IMG/VR virus record: IMGVR_UViG_3300030329_001544
Location: 1 to 40,681 of that record
Reading direction: 5' to 3' (one strand)
Length of the DNA: 40,681 nt
From: a virus
Taxonomy: Duplodnaviria > Caudoviricetes
The notes under the pieces were generated by a model. It had not been told where the DNA came from. It worked only from the letters and a program-made list of their open reading frames with translations, and did no database searches. The position numbers and the translations under genes were made by a program. Shown in pieces: positions 37,901-40,681 of the stretch; within the stretch, counting starts at the first letter, position 1, and every line of letters begins with the position of its first letter.

Positions 37901-40681
37901 CTCATCCCGTAAAGGAAGTTGATGCTCTTATTAGGGGCAAGGCAAAGACTGGCCGCCTTGTCAGTGAACGTGTGTATGGATCGCTTGTGTTCGGTCCAAA
38001 GATTGGCGCGTTCTTTCAAAACTTGCAGGGTAACTTGGACGTTGTTACTCAAGACCGTTGGTTTAGCCGAACGGTATACAGGCATGCAGGAAGTCTTGTT
38101 CCAGAAACAACACAGGAGCAAGTCGATCGATTCCGCGAAGCAATGGCGGAGTTTCGTCGTCAAGGGAAAGACACCGCTGGCATGGCGGAGGGCAACGTCA
38201 GCAAACTGACTGAAGATCAGATTGTCTTTAGTGCCATAGTAAGGGCAAGAGATTACTCAAATCGAGGTTACAAAAAGCAGCCTGAAGGAAGCATAGAGAG
38301 GGAGATGGATCTCGCTTCAAACGCGATTGCGAAGTCGTTGACCGAAATTTCTCAGGCTCCCGGTGCTGGCGGTATGAGAAACTTATGGGATGCGGTCGTC
38401 AACCGTGCTTCTGAAAAGTTGAAGGACCAAGGACAAGACTTGGACCCAGCAACTATTCAGGCTATAATTTGGTACTACGAGAAACAACTTTATGCCGAGT
38501 TGGGTGCTCCGCCGAAGGTGCGGGACAATGACTTCTTGGCTAACGCACTCAGGGTTATCCCTGAAGTTATGGAGAAACGTGATGGCAGAGGATCTTGGGA
38601 ACGAGCAATTGAAGGGACCAGATGGAGCGGCGATAGATCGTCTCAACAGCGACAGCCTAGATTTGCTCCAAGCACAGTACGAGATAGAAGTGCCGCTGGA
38701 AGAATGGCTGAAAGCGTGGAGATCCTACGAGGTAAAGCACCTGCGTTCGCACCCGCACCCGATAAGCGGTCTAAAGAAGAACGTCAAGAAGCGGCAAGAA
38801 AAGGGGTAAGACGCAAGGCTGAACGTCAGCGGCAAATCAGGGAGACTCCTAGCCTTGTTGGCATGAGGCCGGAGTTGCAAGCCGAAGCAGTTAAGATGAG
38901 GGAAGCGGAAATCCGTGAAGCACGGAGCGCTGGCAAGCGTGAAGGCCGGGCAGCATTCGTTGCGTCCTTGCAGAAGTCTAGGGAAAGGCTGAAGGTAAAG
39001 CAGGCAAACAAACAAGAGCAGTTGAATGAAGAGAAGAAGTACCTCAAGACGTACATCAACGTGCTGCTCAAGGGCAAGCCAAAGTCTGCTGTTGCTAAGC
39101 AACGCCTTCTTGGCAAGGTCAATGAAGCCAAGACTATTGACGGGCTAAACAGCCTGATCGACAAGATCCTTGAGGCGCACACTCAAGGGCTGTGGAAGGA
39201 TGCGGTAGTTAGCGCCGACTCTGCACTTGCTCAGGTAAAGCGAGGCAGGGACACGGTTGGAACTAACGAGGAGCGGGAAGAACTTGACAAGATGGTTGTC
39301 AGTGTGCGGCAGGCTCGCGGTTCCCGGCGGAAGTTTAAGACCAAAGACAAGGACCGATACGAGGCAGAGCGGGATCAGATTGAGGCTACTGAGAAACTTG
39401 AAGAAGCCGTTGACGCTTTGCGAACCAAGTACGCAGAACTGCGTGAGCAAAAAGTAAACATAGAGGGGATGAAGAAGGAGACTGTCAACTCTCTTGCTGA
39501 AGAAGTTGTTGATGAGATCAACGATGGAAGAGATCCTTTGAAACAGCGAGAACAATTAGGCAGAGCAAAGCGAGAAAGGAAGGGTGGCAAGAAGGCCCGT
39601 ATCATTGATACGTTAATTAACGCTCACTCTGATATGAGTAGTCTGGTTCAGAGGATTACTGGCAGTGTTGCGCGAGACAGGATTATGTATCGCCTGCTTG
39701 TTGATGGCTTCAGAAAAACTGAGAACAAGTACAACGATAGACTTCGTGACTTCCTGTTTGACCTAGACCGATTTGCGGTTGATGCAGGGTACAGGGACAT
39801 GCAAGATATGGCTATCCGATTGCATGGTACTCATGGTAGTAACATGCTGGATATGTTGCTTGACCAAGATGGCAACGTGGCTCGCGTTGAACTTGGCAAA
39901 GACAAGAATGGTGACGCCGCATACACCGAGTTGACTATGGGCGAGGCGCTTCACATTTACTTGTTGGATCCGTCCACGTATGTTGATGTGATCAACGGTG
40001 CTCCGCTCTCGCTTGGTAGAGAAACGGGCATGAATGATTTCAATGAGGTTACCATTGACCAGATTGCTGACATTGTGAGCATGGTTCCCGACAACATAAA
40101 GAAGCTCGGGGACAACTGGAAGAACTACCTTAACGAAGAAGTAAGGCCCGGCATGTTTGCCACGCACATGAGGCTTAAGGGCTACGAGCCAGAAGCAGTT
40201 GAAGAATACTGGCCGAGGAAACGCATTGTTAAAGAGAAGACCGACCAGAAGATAGAGCAGTTCTTGGATGGGCAATCTTCTTTCGCTGGCCCCATGAGTT
40301 CCTTCTTAGAAAACTCAGGTCAAACAAAGCGGCGTATTCAAGGCAGCGTTCAGCCTGTGGTTATTAGTTCTGCGTTGACTTCATTCATAGAAGCGGCTGA
40401 CACTGGCTTTAGAATCAGCGAGATGGCAGAGCAGGTGCGTGTTGCTGACGGTGTCATGCGTAAGGAAAGTGTAAGGCAGTCGCTTGAAGACAGGTGGGGG
40501 CCGGATGTTCGGAAGCAAATACGCCAACACATCTTAGACTCGACCGGAGTTAGGGATCTTGTAACTGGGAGACTAGACAAGTGGGCAAGTCATATTGCGT
40601 CCAACACTGCCACCTCACTGCTGGCAATGAACCCCCGAACGTGGTCAGTTCAGATTTCTGGCATACCGAGATTGTTTGGCA
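31987..40681 (+). CDS. Giant polyvalent ejection-type protein (~3348 aa, continues across the join to 1453): MPTase, ART, GNAT-like, HhH-like domains
   Basis: Hand translation of frame +1 from ATG 31987 finds no stop to the window end. Motifs: HEVTH 34612-34626; YHGT 35221 and GFYFT (ART); IEEIQSDWHQQGRKKGY 36481; GPKIGAFFQNL...VTQDRW 37993-38061. Confidence 0.92.
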   Translation, partial: MLETPTTQTDQGVPLGSPAPEAQSINTLELGLLEHHRKNLRDKTYFESDDGYITTINTIGVTVDGKHYMIPGYVNGKMLDHDQAVENAKAVGWGNFPSYSTMEEFETADKRLHEQIDKDMKDYLKSVGQPAWMPDVRAAATELRNQEEKRVREELESRRAKRAPSTRPSIKEKVELSGTGLSVVSDPPEVQETEHIQNLQERLDSLDQFEDAVTDTLSLEREKADFTLRAQYDRRKMGQELYTEEDLDKLFEVYIKDRDVLKLNRVRDKIGMPPLPPEAFEPAGFTESFAEEAYWPIMGTINEANYLIDLYKIAKRVQDGEGTPQDEKRLIEHWATTEQLRIRGRTFLGGAASITAQSLPFMAEIVITGGIGAAGKKALAKAGFEGGERIIGKVVKNTIDKITSGGVTKVVGALAKNRSGSIALKTIGGAKDIAVNEAIRSTALGFGTGRIEADAIREILQIDVSEDVLGDLDLFVSVPTSISGEAWMRAWAKNYVEYVSERTGIVLTKGLVPGAKKAVSAVAPRQINEVVSKMKKAIAAKWMSNNPRAKLTDFSKFLADRGGYHGVLGEDFEEWIGAAMHYGIDAATMEDAEMHIPGLEEWLQRLVGFAIPMGGHVAAGAAVTPLARRSAAGALDKKRTEGRLRGVRRQQEGILRPEEQPAIVSELQNEVGNIGEVVEGEDVTIARITNEEGVVVGEVAASSEKAEEVEEHIRTRLAPEEYENLEVSMIPLADIQAELETQAESVEAEAAALAPRGGMARAEAAEAAEAVDVEIKNELDAVAQSASDKFDDTHTITPTPVEEQERGVQLISQAMGRAGIRVVPVDITSESGSPKIGGAQLPSRPDVVFVQDTSKITDPKERRKAFAKNFLGILAHEVTHSLESMNAGLYNFLILRGRKETERGRRDYAGTEAGEALDAGYESELSEGLATAIQKIIESGRVSLDPTEKKMWGQLKDWLNGWVNRTGLRGSFAKEAQKFVDRLIAGENIAEIELPGQRKELERARREGLLAAEGVAGRERAEAEARFAPLPGVTREDIETEPDLSVRFAPAPAVNTPEFRRWFKDSKVVDEQGNPLVMYHGTGKAEGFNEFNPDMTGLGLDQLGSGFYFTTDPNEASLYTTRISALANPSDAKLGGDSSPGVLPVYLSIQNPLKVKGSNLRDVDIDLTPSQAEAIIRYSPDLYHPDDSPIGNWYDIWDGGLQDWMITDVSANYAGPSFMSLENDFFRDNSTAFRRALYEVLGYDGVVKEFDGNKKHYVAWFPTQIKSSIGNTGSFDPAQADIRFAPAPAAPLELGVLHSKMEQVLRDTPQRKWTSGQLRAYLTKQGVKQEEMFWSGMEDYLKENPKVDLDEMGDIFTSTGLSEVVKGAVDTEVDFDGPFTSPEGDTYYEYTNQHGPHEIKSEGGWWNLYSKSVGASKEPYFRFKTLPKAKDYFARSLETTDKYSAYQLPGEKEDYRELLIGLPIVEGTFESSHWEEFDVLVHVRYNTRRGPNGEKILFIEEIQSDWHQQGRKKGYAKPIDTTGWTVKDHVGDTGYVVFNEKGERVTFVDIERGGVEVEAMAIDRAASSLRDRQSTVPDAPFKKTWQDLALKRMVGEAVKGEFDAIAWTTGRQQADRYEKILIENADQVIVSSQPNGRYVVGAMQGGRPGATEEVDQDELADYIGKDMAVDAIERIEAGESTVTFETEDFTVGGKGMEGFYDRILPISANKIGKKYGAKVENIEMQTGTQKSLPITESLSETVETVGLPKFAPAPALGPNVPRSSVGIRLNPEKHRKAIEEFAAKRTVGGKPAGKRITVRVVGEYLQELVRSEQGAVDLKLITSQRARSENKKKYPKDEAARAEQIEAMSDAMVDEVLYQNTIDQEGLEWYTQNIVDTLEVMSFAFPEVATDPLAKQTLVAFMAITSSENSVEENLNNAIMAYEAYRLDGSIEADLAWRGKSIDSVRKNMIKFSRFMSSHSTPQEAFDWMNRTHPVKEVDALIRGKAKTGRLVSERVYGSLVFGPKIGAFFQNLQGNLDVVTQDRWFSRTVYRHAGSLVPETTQEQVDRFREAMAEFRRQGKDTAGMAEGNVSKLTEDQIVFSAIVRARDYSNRGYKKQPEGSIEREMDLASNAIAKSLTEISQAPGAGGMRNLWDAVVNRASEKLKDQGQDLDPATIQAIIWYYEKQLYAELGAPPKVRDNDFLANALRVIPEVMEKRDGRGSWERAIEGTRWSGDRSSQQRQPRFAPSTVRDRSAAGRMAESVEILRGKAPAFAPAPDKRSKEERQEAARKGVRRKAERQRQIRETPSLVGMRPELQAEAVKMREAEIREARSAGKREGRAAFVASLQKSRERLKVKQANKQEQLNEEKKYLKTYINVLLKGKPKSAVAKQRLLGKVNEAKTIDGLNSLIDKILEAHTQGLWKDAVVSADSALAQVKRGRDTVGTNEEREELDKMVVSVRQARGSRRKFKTKDKDRYEAERDQIEATEKLEEAVDALRTKYAELREQKVNIEGMKKETVNSLAEEVVDEINDGRDPLKQREQLGRAKRERKGGKKARIIDTLINAHSDMSSLVQRITGSVARDRIMYRLLVDGFRKTENKYNDRLRDFLFDLDRFAVDAGYRDMQDMAIRLHGTHGSNMLDMLLDQDGNVARVELGKDKNGDAAYTELTMGEALHIYLLDPSTYVDVINGAPLSLGRETGMNDFNEVTIDQIADIVSMVPDNIKKLGDNWKNYLNEEVRPGMFATHMRLKGYEPEAVEEYWPRKRIVKEKTDQKIEQFLDGQSSFAGPMSSFLENSGQTKRRIQGSVQPVVISSALTSFIEAADTGFRISEMAEQVRVADGVMRKESVRQSLEDRWGPDVRKQIRQHILDSTGVRDLVTGRLDKWASHIASNTATSLLAMNPRTWSVQISGIPRLFG
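35125..35144 (+). repeat. Domain-boundary repeat 1 (RFAPAPA)
   Basis: CGCTTCGCACCCGCACCTGC. Confidence 0.92.
35833..35852 (+). repeat. Domain-boundary repeat 2 (RFAPAPA)
   Basis: CGCTTCGCACCCGCACCTGC, 20/20 identical to repeat 1. Confidence 0.92.
37234..37250 (+). repeat. Domain-boundary repeat 3 (KFAPAPA)
   Basis: TTCGCACCCGCACCTGC, 17/17 identical. Confidence 0.92.
38582..38809 (+). CDS. Candidate nested gene (75 aa) in the +1 frame of the giant ORF
   Basis: GGAG at 38571-38574, 7 nt before ATG; MAEDLGNEQLKGPDGAAIDRLNSDSLDLLQAQYEIEVPLEEWLKAWRSYE... Confidence 0.45.
   Translation: MAEDLGNEQLKGPDGAAIDRLNSDSLDLLQAQYEIEVPLEEWLKAWRSYEVKHLRSHPHPISGLKKNVKKRQEKG
38746..38759 (+). repeat. Domain-boundary repeat 4 (AFAPAP)
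   Basis: TTCGCACCCGCACC, 14/14 identical. Confidence 0.9.
40581..40681. repeat. Terminal direct repeat, right copy
   Basis: Matches 1-101 at 100 of 101 positions. Confidence 0.95.

Noticed and set aside
35125-38759. CRISPR array or DGR template/variable repeats
   Set aside because: Spacing is 0.7-1.5 kb and in-frame coding; there are no cas or reverse transcriptase genes and no adenine-specific mismatches.
32455-40580. Many short ORFs listed in the track on both strands
   Set aside because: They are shadow frames of the giant ORF; only 38582-38809 had SD and composition support.

Overview
This window appears to be a complete, circularly assembled dsDNA tailed phage genome of about 40,580 bp. 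Bases 1-101 repeat at 40581-40681 with one mismatch. The gene set is podovirus-like: small and large terminase, portal, scaffold, major capsid, adaptor, nozzle and ejection proteins, with no tape measure or sheath gene. A leftward early/replication arm (about 2773-10840) encodes ArdC antirestriction, a RecE-like exonuclease, a Rad52/Sak-like annealing protein, a DUF669 SSB-like protein, an AlpA HTH protein and a replication-initiator-like protein. A rightward arm carries a resolvase-like nuclease, an HTH protein, a structured non-coding leader, membrane proteins and the virion genes. The ORF track misses the most striking gene: a ~3348-aa polyvalent ejection-type protein from 31987 across the genome join to 1453. 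It contains a HExxH metallopeptidase followed by three effector modules (ADP-ribosyltransferase, GNAT-like, HhH-glycosylase-like). Each module is bounded by a near-identical 14-20 nt DNA repeat encoding (R/K/A)FAPAP, and a candidate gene is nested in another frame behind the last module. A PEP-CTERM-like tail on a small protein hints at a Planctomycetota/PVC host. I recognised no integrase, DNA polymerase, endolysin, tRNA or CRISPR array. All family assignments come from motif recognition by eye, not from database searches.
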